64,000 nucleotides of DNA from Chiloscyllium plagiosum (Eukaryota): contig NC_057719.1 in NCBI RefSeq assembly GCF_004010195.1, forward strand, positions 75,780,064 to 75,844,063, in the 5' to 3' direction. This document shows, piece after piece, positions 13,781 through 25,879 of the stretch. Numbering within the stretch: the stretch's first letter is position 1; each line of letters opens with the position of its first letter. A model generated the notes under the pieces. That model was not told where the DNA came from and searched no databases. It was given only the letters and a program-made list of their open reading frames with translations. A program made the translations under genes and the position numbers.

Positions 13781-16418
13781 TACATCCTGTAAACGACCAA
13801 AGTTTACTTTAGCCACACTTTTTCATTTTATATATTTATAGAATTTTTTTGCTATCTGTCTTTATATTCTGTGCTAGTTTTTTTTCTCATGTTCTATCGT
13901 TCTTTTCTTTATAGCTCTTTTTCTGGCTTTCTGTAAACTTCTAAAGTTTTTCCATTCTTCTAGTTTCATGCTGTTTTTGGCCACTTTGTATGCCTTTTCT
14001 TTCAATTTGACATCCTCTTTTACTTCCTTAGACACCCATGGTAGATTGCCCATCTTCTTACCGTCCTTCCTTTTCACCGGAATACACTTGTGCTGAGCAC
14101 TTTGAAAAATTGCTTTGAAGATCTTCCACTGCTCATCAACTGTCCCATCATAAAATCTTTGTTACCAATCTACTTTAGCCAAGTCGTCCTTCATTCTATT
14201 GTAGTCTCCCTTGTTTCAGCACAGGATCCTGGAATTGGATTTTATCTTCACACTCTCCATCTGTATTCTAAAGTCAACCATACTGTGATCACTCCTTTCA
14301 CAGGGATCCTTAACTATGAGGTCATTAATTATTCCTGTCTCATTACACAGGACCAGGTCTAGGATAGCTTAATTCCTCGTCGGGTCCATTACATGCTGTT
14401 CAAGGAAACTATTGCAGATACACACAACAAACTCCTCCTCAAGGCTTCCCTGACTGAGCTGGTTCGCCCAATCTACATGCAAATTAAAATGCCCCATGGT
14501 AATTGCTGTACCATTTTTCCAGGCATTAGTTATTTCCTTGTTTATAGCCCACTCCAATGTGATGTTATTATTTGGTGGCCTATACATTGCCTCTCAGTGA
14601 CCTTTCCTACTTAGAGTTTTTAATTTCCACCCAAGTGGATTCAACCTCATTCTCCATAGAACCTATATTATCTCTCAGCACTGCCCTGATGTCCTTGAAT
14701 ATCAGAGCTACACTACCTCCCTTTCCTTCGTGTCTGTCCTTCTGAATAGTCTGATACCCCTGCGTATTTAGTTCCCAGTCATGACCATCCTGTAACAATG
14801 GCTCCGTAATGGCTACTGGATCATATTCATTCATGATGATTTGTGCCGTTAACTCATCGACCTTGTTATGAATGCTCCCAGGTAAAGTGCCTTTATACTA
14901 GCTTTCTTACCGTCATTATTCACAACATCTCTAATATCTCCCGAGTTATCCTTCCTTTTTGCTTCTTTCATTGTCTACTTTGACCCCTCCTGCATTCCTG
15001 CTAACCTGCTGCTTACCTTTTTTTACCATCGTACTTCCTGTCGCTTTCCCTTTCCCTCCCCCCCAACTCACTCGGTTAAAGTCCAAGTGCCCACCCTGTT
15101 TACCCTTTTTCCTGGAACACTGGTTCCAGATTGGTTCAGGTGGAGACCGTCCCATTGGTACACATCCCCCAGTCCCAAAACTGATGCCAATGTCCCATGA
15201 AATGGAACCCCTCTTTCCCACACCACCATTCCCTTAGCCACGTGTTTACTTCCCTAATTTTCTTATCCTTCAGCCAATTTGCACATGGCTTGGGCAGTAA
15301 TTCGGAGTTTATGACCTTGAGGACCTAAACTTTAATTTTGTTCCTGGTGCTTGATAATCCCCATACAGGTCCTCCATCTTAGCCTTGCCTATGTAGTTTG
15401 TCCCAACGTGGACCAGAATAACTGGACTCTCCCCCTCCAGCTCTAATATGGTACCATGGTCAGCTGGCCCAGCCTCCCCGCAGCCCTTTTCCTCCTCCAC
15501 ACAGGTAAGTAAGCATTTCATACCTGTTGGATAAGGTCAAGAGCTGAGGGTCCCCCACTCGTGAGCTCAGGACCCTCCTACCTGCCTCACTTGCAATAAC
15601 ACCCTATTTTCTCTGATCACTAACTGAACTTGAGTTACTTAATCCATCAAGTGTGACTGCGTCCAGGTAACTCTCCCCTCCCAGATGTGTGCAGTGTTTG
15701 AAGCTCAGATTCCAGATAATCAATTCTGAGCCGGAGTTCCTCCAGCAACCAACACTTGCTGCAGATGTGGTCACTGCCGTTCACAATGGGATCAGCCAAC
15801 TCCCACATCATGCAGCTACAGCACATCACCTGCCCAGCCATCTCTACTTAGTTAATTAATTTATACAGATTTATGAGTTAAATAATTTCCAGTCCTTCTC
15901 TGTTATGGTCTTATTTAAATAACCAATGAATAGATAAATAATAAAAGAATAAACTTTTAACCAATCACACAATATAGAAGAAATATGAATCGAAAAGCCT
16001 TACCTTATCAACACACCACAGAGTCCTTTTGTTTTGGTTAGAGGAGGAGGGTGGGTGGGAGACACTACACGTGTAATGTCTCAGGTTCACCTGCTGCCCA
16101 ATATATTCCTGGCAGCCCCCTGGTCTTTGGTGTCGCCTCTCCCTTTGCTTCTATTAAATGAAGCGTCTAGACCATAACTAAGGACTGAGCACACTTCTGA
16201 CTCCAACATTATGAGGAGGATGTTGGAGGAAATTTTCCAGGAAGCTGCCTAGGGTAGAAGGGCTGAGCGATCAGGAAAGCTGAGGTGATGTGAGATTGTT
16301 TTCCTTGGAGCAGTCAGCGTTGACAGAAAACCTGATGGCGATGTGTAACGTTATGAGGGGTTCAGATAGAGCGATTAAGAAGGCATTTTTTTATTAGCAT
16401 TGGGGTCAATTAGTCAGG

Positions 16419-16498
16419 CTTTTGCCCGAAACGTCGATTTTGCCTGTCCTCGGATGCTGCCTGAATTGCTGTGCTCTTCCAGCACCACTAATCCAGAA
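16419..16498 (+). mobile_element. Truncated PLE terminal-repeat insertion
   Basis: cttttgcccgaaacgtcg..., flanked by a TCAATTAGTCAGG duplication (16406-16418 and 16499-16511). Confidence 0.8.
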
Positions 16499-17274
16499 TC
16501 AATTAGTCAGGGCCATAGCTTTAAAATAAGGGGTAGAAAGCCAGGGTTGAGCTTTCGGGAGATGCTGAATAGGCTGGGGCTGCTTTCCCTGGAGTGTCGG
16601 AGGCTGAGGCTAAATAAGCAGTATTTAGATATTCATGTGCATAGCCATAAACACCTAGACTATAGGCCAAAATCAGGAAATGAGATTAATGTAGTCAGGT
16701 CTTTGTTGACGGGTATGGGCATGATGGGCCAAATGGCCTCTTTCTGTGCTTTGGACATTTATGAGCCTCAAAGAATCTATTTATCGACTCTCAGTTCTAA
16801 GAGTAACTTGGCAGCAACATTCATTCCTGCTCAGCAAGAAGGAGATTTTCAGATGATCATCTAGAATAGTTCAGATTGATTGGAGAGTGACTCAGAAGAT
16901 TTCAGGCAAGACCAGAAAGTCATTGAGTTACAACATAGATAGAACATAGATCTGTGTTAGAATTGCTGATTTTTAGCAAGGAATGAAGGCAACTGAACTA
17001 CATTGAGTTTGTGTAGTTGGTAACCCAGGGAGAAGTTAAGAGCATTTGAACATCTCTCTGCTGTTTGAAGTCAGGACACATTCGTGGAGTCCCCAGGCTG
17101 TTGGATATTGCAGTCAGGATTTAGGAAAGATTCTGGATATTGTGGTGGCTGGACAATTCTGATTGTTGGAAAAGCCGATCTGGTTCACTCATGTACTTTA
17201 GGGAAGGAAGCTGCCTGATCTGGCCTACATGTGACTCCAGACCTTTGACTCTTATCTGCCCCCTGGACAATAAA

Positions 17275-17457
17275 TCCTGCAATAAGGGCCTCCTGGTGTG
17301 GTGAGGCATCCTCCTAGTCTGGCATGCGGCTTCCTCCTGTAAGGGCTTCCCAGCATAGCATGGCATCCTCCCGGCCTGGCATGCGGTCTGCCCCCATATG
17401 GGTCTCCTGGCATTGTGCAGCAACCTCCAAACCTGGCGCAGCAGTCTCCCGGTGTGG
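17275..17457. repeat. 183-bp inverted copy of 18499-18681
   Basis: Reverse complement matches with one mismatch seen. Confidence 0.95.
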
Positions 17458-17958
17458 GCAATAAATCCTGGCCAAGCCAGTGACATCCTCATCCTCTGAA
17501 TGAATTTTTTTAGAAGTGTGTAATATTTACCATTTATTTCAGCGCACTGAGGAATTGTGCAAGGACAGACAGACCAGAAATTCTGCTCAGATTTCCTGAA
17601 GCCATAATTTTTATCAACCTTTTCTTCAACAACCTGCTGAGAAATTCAGAGATTCCTAGAGGGAGCCTGTGAAATCAGGCTAAAATTGAAAAGCACAACA
17701 CCCAACCTGGACTGTATGAATCCCTTGGTTTACAACTGAGCTAAGCAGACTGATTCTAAATATTGCTAAACTTTACACTGCATAGAAAGTAGAACATAGA
17801 CCATTACAGCGCACTACAGACCCTTCATCCGTCAATGTTGCGCCAACCTGTGGAACCAATCTAAAGCCCATCTAACTTACACTATTCCATTAACATCCAT
17901 ATATTTATCCAATGACCATTTAAATGCCCTTACAGTTGGCAAGTCTACTACTGTTGCA

Positions 17959-18197
17959 ATTAGGGGAAAGTGGGTACTGCAGATGCTGGAGATTAGAGTC
18001 AAGATTAGAGTGGTGCTGGAAAAGCACAACAGGTCAGACAGCATCTGAGGAGCAGGAAAATCGACGTTTTGGGCAAAAGCCCTTCATCAAGAATGAGGCT
18101 CATTCCTGATGAAGAGCTTTTGCCTGAAATGTCGATTTTCCTGCTCCTCAGATGCTGTCTGACCTGCTGTGCTTTTCCAGCACCACTCTAATCTTGA
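17959..18197. mobile_element. Short palindromic PLE-derived element
   Basis: Inverted arms of about 100 bp around gaatgaggctcattc. TSD ctacYactgttgca at 17945-17958 and 18198-18211. Inserted in a CR1 tail. Confidence 0.85.
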
Positions 18198-18247
18198 CTA
18201 CCACTGTTGCAGGCAGTGTGTTCCATACCCCTGCTACTCTCTGAGTA

Positions 18248-19024
18248 AAGAATAGAATAGAGTACCCTTTATTATCATATTTACTCATTGAGTATGGTGA
18301 AAAGTTTATACGTCGCCAATGTCAGGAGTGACTTCGATACAAAAATACTTAGGCACAGCTTCTTTAGTTACAAGATTTTAGACAGTACTGAAATAAAATA
18401 TCCAGCATTACAGGATAAAAGTTCAGTACAGCACACCACGTTGGCACCTAGCTTCCAGTCTGCACTGGGCCCTGGCTCCACACCACATTGGCGACATTCC
18501 ACACCGGGAGACTACTGCGCCAGGTTTGGAGGTTGCTGCACAATGCCAGGAGACCCATATGGGGGCAGACCGCATGCCAGGCCGGGAGGATGCCATGCTA
18601 TGCTGGGAAGCCCTTACAGGAGGAAGCCGCATGCCAGACTAGGAGGATGCCTCACCACACCAGGAGGCCCTTATTGCAGGAGGCCGCATGCCAGGCCGGG
18701 AGAATGCCATGCTATGCTGGGAAGCCCTTACAGGAGGAAGCATGCCAGACTAGGAGGATGCCTCACCACACCAGGAGGCCCTTATAGCAAGAGGCCATGC
18801 CACACCATGCAAGGAGGCTGATGTGCTTGGCCGGGAGGCCTCTACTCGAGTCTTCTGCGCCAGAGGAGGCAGGGAATCATCACCACAGGTCGGGAGTCGA
18901 AGAGAAAAGAACATTAAAAAGTGATGAGAGGGAGAAAAAGTAAGAACAAAAAGAAGAAAAGAAGGAGAAGAACAGGCTTAGTGGACGAGCTCCGATTGGA
19001 ATGTCCTACTACTCTGCCATCTTG
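18248..19024 (-). mobile_element. Non-autonomous LINE derivative (Rex/Babar-like ends) carrying a GC-rich minisatellite
   Basis: The - strand starts CAAGATGGC and ends AATAAAGGGTACT(CTATT)n. Units of about 20/41 bp repeat at 18530-18860. Confidence 0.55.
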
Positions 19025-20089
19025 CAATGGTACTCCACCATCAAGTATCGTACTGCTTTGAAATGTACCATTCTAACTTAGTGAAGCAAGGAGCTTGACT
19101 GATAGATGCCGGTTAACAACATCACTCTACGGGTTAATCAATATTTACTGACTGTTTGAAGGTTTATTTCATTTGCAGTGTCTTCAATCATGAAGCCCTT
19201 GAGCTTGCCGCAAAGGCAATTTCCATTTCCATAGATCACCGACTCCCTTTCAGAAATTCCCACTAAACCATCTAGCACACTTGCAGTTGGACTAGAAGGA
19301 ACTGTCAGCATTTGATGGCTGTAATGAAATAGTCATGCAACAGCGAGACCTTGGGGAGAAATAAACTGCAGACGATCATGGATGAGGCAGTGTACTCGTG
19401 CGGGCTTTAAGGCTTCTCTCAGGAGAGGAGGAAACTGAAAACTGAGCCAAGTCTTTCCACAACTCGCGAAGGGCTGCAGCTTCTGAAGTGGAGCTTACTT
19501 TTGAACTGTTGAACAGTTCTGTATAAAAGATCAAAGCTGACAGGGCAGGACATCATCAAAGTTTAATGAGCTTCTATAAAACAGATTATGGGTCAGTTGG
19601 GATATAAGTGTTGAAGCTTGTGAAAGGATGGGACAGTAGTATCCGCAGTACTTGGGGGATAACCACGAGGGGGGTGATAGAATATTAACTGCATCAGTGT
19701 TAGAACACATGGCAGGAGCAAATTCTTCACTCAAAATGTGATGGAGGAATTCATGACTTGGAGTGACATTGGAGACTGAAGCTGAGGTTCAGTGTTCAAG
19801 GTTAGATTGTATTAGACTGAATGAAAATGGGTAGAGGAAAATGCCATTGTTTAACGTGGTGCAGGATTGACACAGATTATGGACTGGATGGACTGAATGG
19901 TCCATGTCCGACTTTCTGGATATGTATGAGTGGGAGAAAGCCTAAACTAGTGGCTGGGTGCTGGCAAGTGTATTTTCTGGATCCCTCCTCCATCCCCCCC
20001 ACACCCCCAACCCCCGTGTTTTCCAAGATGTCCATTGATGACCTGGTGATCTATAGAATCACAGGCATGAGACAGTCCCCTTGGACCTG

Positions 20090-20700
20090 GGTTATGGACC
20101 AGGCCAGACCACTCAAAACATTCTCGAGCAGGCAACCCAGACCACGTACAGTGAAAATTACCTGGAATAAGTTAGCTAGGTGACTACTAGGTTTTAAAAC
20201 AGACAGAAATTTATTCACAGCATTACACAATGAAACACAAAGAACAGAATAGCAAACCACTGCAGAACTCAGTTTATCCAAATTAGACTTAATTATGCTG
20301 TTCTGAATATACACAACAGTCCCACTAAGCAAACCCCCTTAAAACACATTAAAAAAATGGAACAGATGTTTACAGGTTGAGGTTAGAAGGGCGGAAAGAG
20401 AGAGAGCCTGATCACGCAGTCCACTGCTAAACCCCTGGCTAGTTCTGGACTGAACTGCTCAACTAGAGAGCTGACTGCTCCTCTTCCATTATACAGGTCA
20501 CTTCTAAAACATGACCGCTTTGGCCTGAAGTCTCATCTATTTACATATAAGCAAAAAGGCCTCTCAATACCCTTCAATGTCTGTACCAAACCAGTCTAAT
20601 CGGAGCCTGCTTGTTAATGACCCCTCTGAGAAAAAATCAAGGACACAGTCTCCTTGAGAAAAGGAACAGCTTTGAGAAAAAAGGGACCAGCTTTGTGTCA
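20090..20700 (-). mobile_element. Solo LTR with a 4-bp TSD
   Basis: (G)GTTATGGACC...TGTGTCA flanked by CCTG (20086-20089 and 20701-20704). AATAAA on the - strand near 20210. Confidence 0.7.
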
Positions 20701-21642
20701 CCTGACTGACTGACTGTATTTTCCTGGTATAAACCTCAACATAGCCTTTGGATAAGAACTTTCACAAGTCAGCTTAGCCTGAAGTCCATACAATAATATT
20801 GCTTGCAGCCGGACTCTGAATGTCATATTCAAATAGTTGGTGAGAGGTTGAGTACTCAAACAGCTAGTCAGTGCTTTTAGTACTTAAGCCACAAGACAAA
20901 GGCGGTTAACAGCTGCACTGCAATCATTTACACTCAAAGAGTTTCCAGTGCATTTCAGTCACCAATGGCAAAAGCAGAGTGGCAGGACTTCAGACGGAAG
21001 CACTTAATTGGTTTATTTCAATTATGGGAGTACTACAGTTGAGCTCAACAGCAGTGCGTTGTATCTGACTTCTGTCTGCGTTGTTGCTTTAGTTTGTGAC
21101 CTTATTGTCGAGCAACACCTGCGGAGTGAGATTGGCTGCACCCTGTGCAGCCAGGCATGAAACAGGATCCAGATTATTTAGGAGGCCCAGAAGCTCGCCT
21201 GAGTTTGGAACTCATTCCCAAAGCTGTATTACAAGCATGATTTATGTGGAAGGCTTGTGTTCCATCCCAGTGCTGTAAATTGAGTTTGAAGGCCATCAAG
21301 TATTTTGAACATTAATGTGCGTTTAAATCCAACTGAAGATGTGAGCATTATTGAAGTTTCAGGGACACAGTTATGAAGAAAGGTCACTGGACCCATAACG
21401 TTAACTCTGCTTTCCCTTCTCAGATGGGAGATCTTCCAGCCATTTCTGTTTTTGTTTCAGTAGTTCTTTCGGTTTTTGATAACACCTCTACTTAGCTGCA
21501 TTAACAATAGAAATCCTATGCCCATCCTTCGCCGGGATCAGGGATTGTACCCTATGTTTTCAGTTCAGAGGCAGGGACTATTCACAGTCCTGCAATGACA
21601 TCTGACCTCTGGGAAGTGGAAAATGTGACCCCCTTAATAGAG

Positions 21643-21827
21643 AAAGTGAGGACTGCAGATGCTGGAGACCAGAGTTGAAAAGTGTGGTGCTGGAAAAGCA
21701 CAGCAGGCCAGGCAGCATTCAAGGAGCAGGCGAGTCAACGTTTCGGGCACAAGCCCTTCATCAGGAATCAAAAAGGGCTTATGCCCGAAACATCAATTCT
21801 CCTGCTCCTCAGATGCTGCCTGGCCCT
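21643..21827. mobile_element. Short palindromic PLE-derived element
   Basis: Inverted arms. TSD CTTAATAGAG at 21633-21642 and 21828-21837. Confidence 0.85.
21733..21768 (-). ncRNA. Minimal hammerhead ribozyme motif
   Basis: Reverse complement reads AUUC-CUGAUGA-A-GGGC-UUGU-GCCC-GAAA-CGUU-GAC, with a perfect stem II. Confidence 0.68.
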
Positions 21828-22209
21828 CTTAATAGAGGTATGGATTACAAGAATGGGGAAGTTTTGCTGATCCTTCATAAAGCTCTGGTCTGGCCACAAC
21901 TAGAGAATTGCATCCAGCTCTGGTCACCACACTTTAGGAAGAATGTGAGGATCCTTGAGACATTGTTGGGAAATTTACCAAAATGAATCAAGGATGCATG
22001 TTAAATTGTAGGTGCTGATGTCATTCCCCATGGAGCATAGGAACTTGCAAAGAGATAAGATAAAGCTGAGCATTATTGTGTTGTTTCAGGTAGATTAGAC
22101 AAAGGAAAACTGCAATTGGAGGTGGAGGGCAGCCTTATAAGGTTTTGGGCAAAATATCCAGGGATTACATGAGGAAGATTTTTCTTTACATATTTGTGGT
22201 TAGGTCCGT

Positions 22210-22570
22210 AGCACTCTCTGACACTCTAGTACAGCACAGAAGGAGTGTTGCATTGTTGGAGACGCTTTATTTCTGATGGGACCTAAAACTAAGGCTGGGT
22301 TTGCTCTCTGAGGTGGATGTGTGAGAATCCAAGGTGCTATCCCAAAGAAGCAGTTTTTCACTGATGTTCTCGTCAATATTTAACTCTCAGTCAGCACCTC
22401 TAAACTGATTATCTGGTCATTATCACAAATCTGTTTGTGAGAGCTGGGCCAACACAAATTGGCTGCAAAGTGTTCTACATTACTTTAGTGACTGCATTTC
22501 AAAAGGAGTTCAAAGACCCTCTGGGATTTTGAGATTGCAAATTATGACATAAATGCCAATTCTTCCTTAC
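22210..22570 (+). mobile_element. DeuSINE-like (SacSINE1/AmnSINE1-related) ancient SINE
   Basis: ggagtgttgcattgttggaga..gaggtggatgt..tgattatctggtcattatcaca..aaattggctgc resembles the recalled Deu domain. Another fragmented copy lies at about 4780-4940, 5525-5610 and 6195-6260. Confidence 0.65.
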
Positions 22571-22889
22571 CTTCTTTTCTCATACGAAAATGCAACCATG
22601 TATTTCCAATGAAATTCACTTGCCATTTATGTCTCCATTCTGTAAGATTATTACATTGGTTGTCTAGTGGGGTGAAGAGTTTGGCAAGTTTAAGTTGCAA
22701 GTGTTCCCGGGTTTTTGAGGTTGGGGGGAGGGGGGGGAGGTGGGGGGGGTGGACGCAGATGTCCCAAAGTGTAAGGTTGATGGAGTGTTATTGATTGAGT
22801 AAAGAGAGTGGTTGATGGGCAGGATGATAAACTTGGAAGATCTCTTGCAAAATTCTATATACTGCATTATTACCTTTCCTACATCCTAC

Positions 22890-23420
22890 ATGGTGAGGTG
22901 CCAGTGTTGGACGAGGGTGAACAAGTTCAGAAGTCACGTGACACCAGGTTATAGTCTGACAGGTTTATTTGAAACCACAAGCTTTTGGAACACTGCTCCT
23001 TCATCAGGTGAAGTGGAGGGAAGTGCACAGGCGCAGAGTATTTATAAGCAGAGAAATCAAAAGATAGTACAAATGGTGTGAGTGGAGTGTTGACAGGCTG
23101 AATAGCAAGTCTTTGCAGGTGATTAAGAGTGTGAGACAGTGTGAGTAAAGTGTGAACAGCTGAATAGGTCATCCCTTCACTTGCTATTTAGCTGTTTAAA
23201 CTTTACTCACATCATCTCACACTCTTAATCACCTGCAACACAGTTATTCAGCCTGTCAACACTCCACTCACACCATTTGTTGTATCTTTTGATTTCTCTG
23301 CCTATAAATTCTGTGCCTGTGCCCTTCCAACTATTTCACCTGATGAAGGAGCAGTGTTCCAAAAGCATGTCATTGCAAATAAACCTGTTGGACTATAACC
23401 TGGTGTTGTGTGACTTCTGA
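22890..23420. mobile_element. Long palindromic PLE-derived element (second family)
   Basis: 22927 to about 23167 is the reverse complement of about 23185-23420. Each arm contains cacctgatgaaggagcagtgttccaaaagc. Confidence 0.85.
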
Positions 23421-23653
23421 CCTATATCAGTGTTGATAGAGATATTTGCACAGTGGTAACATCACTGGAAAAGTAATTGAGATGTATCTTTGAGAGACAT
23501 GGGGCTGAAATCCCACCATTATAGCTGGGGGTGCATTTAAATACAATTATTGGAGTGGAATATAAAGCTAGTACCAACAATTGTGACACAATTTTATCAG
23601 TAGCTGTAAAATCTATGTGTTTTATGACTGGTCTTTAGGTATGGGGGGGGGGG

Positions 23654-23972
23654 GGGTGGCACAGTGGTTTAGTGGTTAGCACTGCTGCCTCACAGCGCCA
23701 GGGACCCAGGTTCGATTCCACCCTCGGGCAACTGTCTGTGTGGAGTTTGCATATTCTCCCCGTGTCTGTGTGGGTTTCTTTCGAGTGCTCCGGTTTTCTC
23801 CCACAGTCCAAAGATGTGCAGGTCAGGTGAATTGGCCATTCTAAATTGCCCATAGTGTTAGGTGCATTAGTCAGAGGGAAATGCATCTGGGTGAGTTACT
23901 CTTCAGAGGGTCGATGTGGATTTGTTGGGCCTAAAGCCTGTTTCCACACTGTAAGGAATCTAACCTAATCTA
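23654..23972 (+). mobile_element. HE1-type V-SINE
   Basis: A box gtggcacagtgg and B box ggttcgattcc, followed by the V core and tail. Preceded by a poly-G run. Confidence 0.9.
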
Positions 23973-25879
23973 TTCAAAACAAAATACTGTCCTTATCTTG
24001 TCAGGCCTGTGTGTGACTTGAGACCACCTCAATGTAGATAACTTTTAATGTATTCTGTAATGGCCTACCAAGTCACTCAATTCAAGGGTAATTAGGGATG
24101 AATAACAAATGCTGGGTTTTTCCAGTTTTGCTCACATCCCATGAAAGAATAAGTAAACCTAGGATGTGTGCAGATAAGTGCACACATCAGCACAGCACGT
24201 TACTGCTGTAATGGTTGTTATTGTTAATCCAGTACTTATCAAATTTTCTGTCATGAATTCCTCCATCACATTTTGAGTAAAGTGACAAAGGTTAATCAAA
24301 CCATGTCCTTAACCTTCAAACCACCCTCCTGACATTATTTTAGGCATTTCTCATCAAGTTGATGCATTGAGCCAGTATTAAACCACTGCAGGAAATTATT
24401 GAATAAAATAACATCAAACCATTGTTCAAAATTATGCTATTTTTAAAATAGATCCATTCTGCTTTCATTCCTGAATCCAAATTGCAGATATTTAAAAAGA
24501 AAATATTAGTTACAAGATCCCATTGTTTTAAACGCATGGAAGAGTATTTACTGTACAAGATTTAGCATTTAACATAGAGATGAGGAATATTTTTCCCTCA
24601 GCGAAACATTAGTTTGTTGAATTCTCTTCCCCACAAAGGTCATTGAATATCTTTAAGTCTGAATTCAGAAGATTTTTGACTGACAAGGCAGTCAAGGTCT
24701 TTGGAGGGGTAGACAGAAAAGTTGAAGCCACAATCAGAGTGACTGCGATCTTATTGAATGGCAGTGTCAACTCGAGGGACCAAATAACCTCCTACTCCGT
24801 ATATATTTTCTTTAACCTGAGACTGAAGCAAATGCTGTCTGCCTGTTCTCACCACCCGTCCACAGCAGACTGTGGACTTTTCTTATAAACAGTGGTGGCT
24901 TATTTCACGCCCTCCCTCTGTTTGCAAACTCTGACTTTGTCAGGATTACAAAAGAACACTGTAAGGTTAAACCAAAAGCAGGATTTGTTTCACACAGTCT
25001 CAGACGTGGACAATCACTTTGCAATGCAGGCACGCTTACAAACATAGACAGAGAGATAGAAGCTTAAAGGATTAAATGATTCATGATGATTAAGAGCTTG
25101 TGTATCAAAAGAACCGAGGGATGCCAGTTTAACTTGCTTTTAAGATGTAGTCCAAAATTATAAACCGGAGGTTATCGGTCAAGAATTCATTAGCAGGAAT
25201 GGTTGAATTGGCTAGCCAGCAGTTTCTAGTAGCTAGTCTCTTTTCTTTATAAATTCTCTTCAAACATCTTCTGAGATTTTGAACATTTTTCTAGCAGAGA
25301 GCCACAGAGGTTGACGGCTGCTTTTTATAGGCCAAAGGTTTTTCCTTTGTAGGCCACGTCACAGATCTTGATATTGTCAGTAGATGTTGTATGAAGTGTC
25401 TGTTCTTTGAAAGAGTTAAAAGTGACTAAGCCTCTTGGGGATGGAGAAGCAGTTATCGTTGAGACAAAGGCTTGTGTTGCACATTGCCAACTGACTGTGG
25501 CCCATTCTAGAGGTTAAGTGGAAAGTCATTAACAAATAGCATAGAATGGGTATAACTCACAATTTCAATGTGTAGGGGTTTTATTGGAAACAATCACTTC
25601 TGTTGCAGATTTTAACAGTGGTTAGCATTCCAGGCCCTTCAGGAGGTACATGATTGTTTGATGTGACCTCTGAGAAATTTCTGGAAGGTTATTACTAAAT
25701 TTAGTCACTTGCTTAGACCAGCGTCGTTGTTGGGCTGTTTAATGCATTTTTGAAACCCATCACTGGGCAGATACACTGATACATACTAAAATTGATTCTT
25801 GCTCTGTTTGTGACGTTGCTGTTGAAAATGTGAAGTCAGTGACAATTGAAGGGACAAGTTTCAAAAATGTTGGGAGTCA

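Larger units (their letters stand above)
11477..16166 (-). mobile_element. Full-length but decayed CR1-type LINE (ORF1 zinc finger plus SGNH esterase; ORF2 APE endonuclease plus RT)
   Basis: Minus-strand ORF pieces in order: CCSC..HICSKC, VILVHVGTN, YDPVAITE, YRPPN, KNYRPVSLT, VVYLDFQKAF, GVPQGSVLG, KFANDMK, LVRPHLEYC, NFFTQRVV. Flanked by a CTAGA duplication (11472-11476 and 16167-16171). Many stops and frameshifts. Confidence 0.93.
11200..16760 (+). mobile_element. Older CR1 3' fragment that hosts the full-length LINE
   Basis: ctgtataaaatgctggctag (before 11477) continues as accataactaagg...attatgaggagga after 16171, restoring a CR1 ORF2 C-terminal region and tail. Confidence 0.7.

Noticed and set aside
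11477..16166. Active, retrotransposition-competent LINE
   Set aside because: ORF1 and ORF2 are broken by many stops and frameshifts and by three insertions.
17959..18197. Palindromes as DNA-transposon MITEs or miRNA genes
   Set aside because: TSDs are long and variable, the ends are asymmetric, and the arm sequence equals the terminal repeat of the PLE at 60614-60743. There is no evidence for miRNA processing.
18288..18821. 177-aa repetitive Cys/His/Pro-rich protein
   Set aside because: The frame is open because of a GC-rich minisatellite; several frames and the inverted copy give similar ORFs.
18530..18860. CRISPR-like array
   Set aside because: There are no unique spacers and no cas genes, and the context is a vertebrate intron.
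23654..23730. tRNA genes at SINE heads
   Set aside because: The A/B boxes run directly into SINE cores and LINE-like tails, and no complete cloverleaf was seen.
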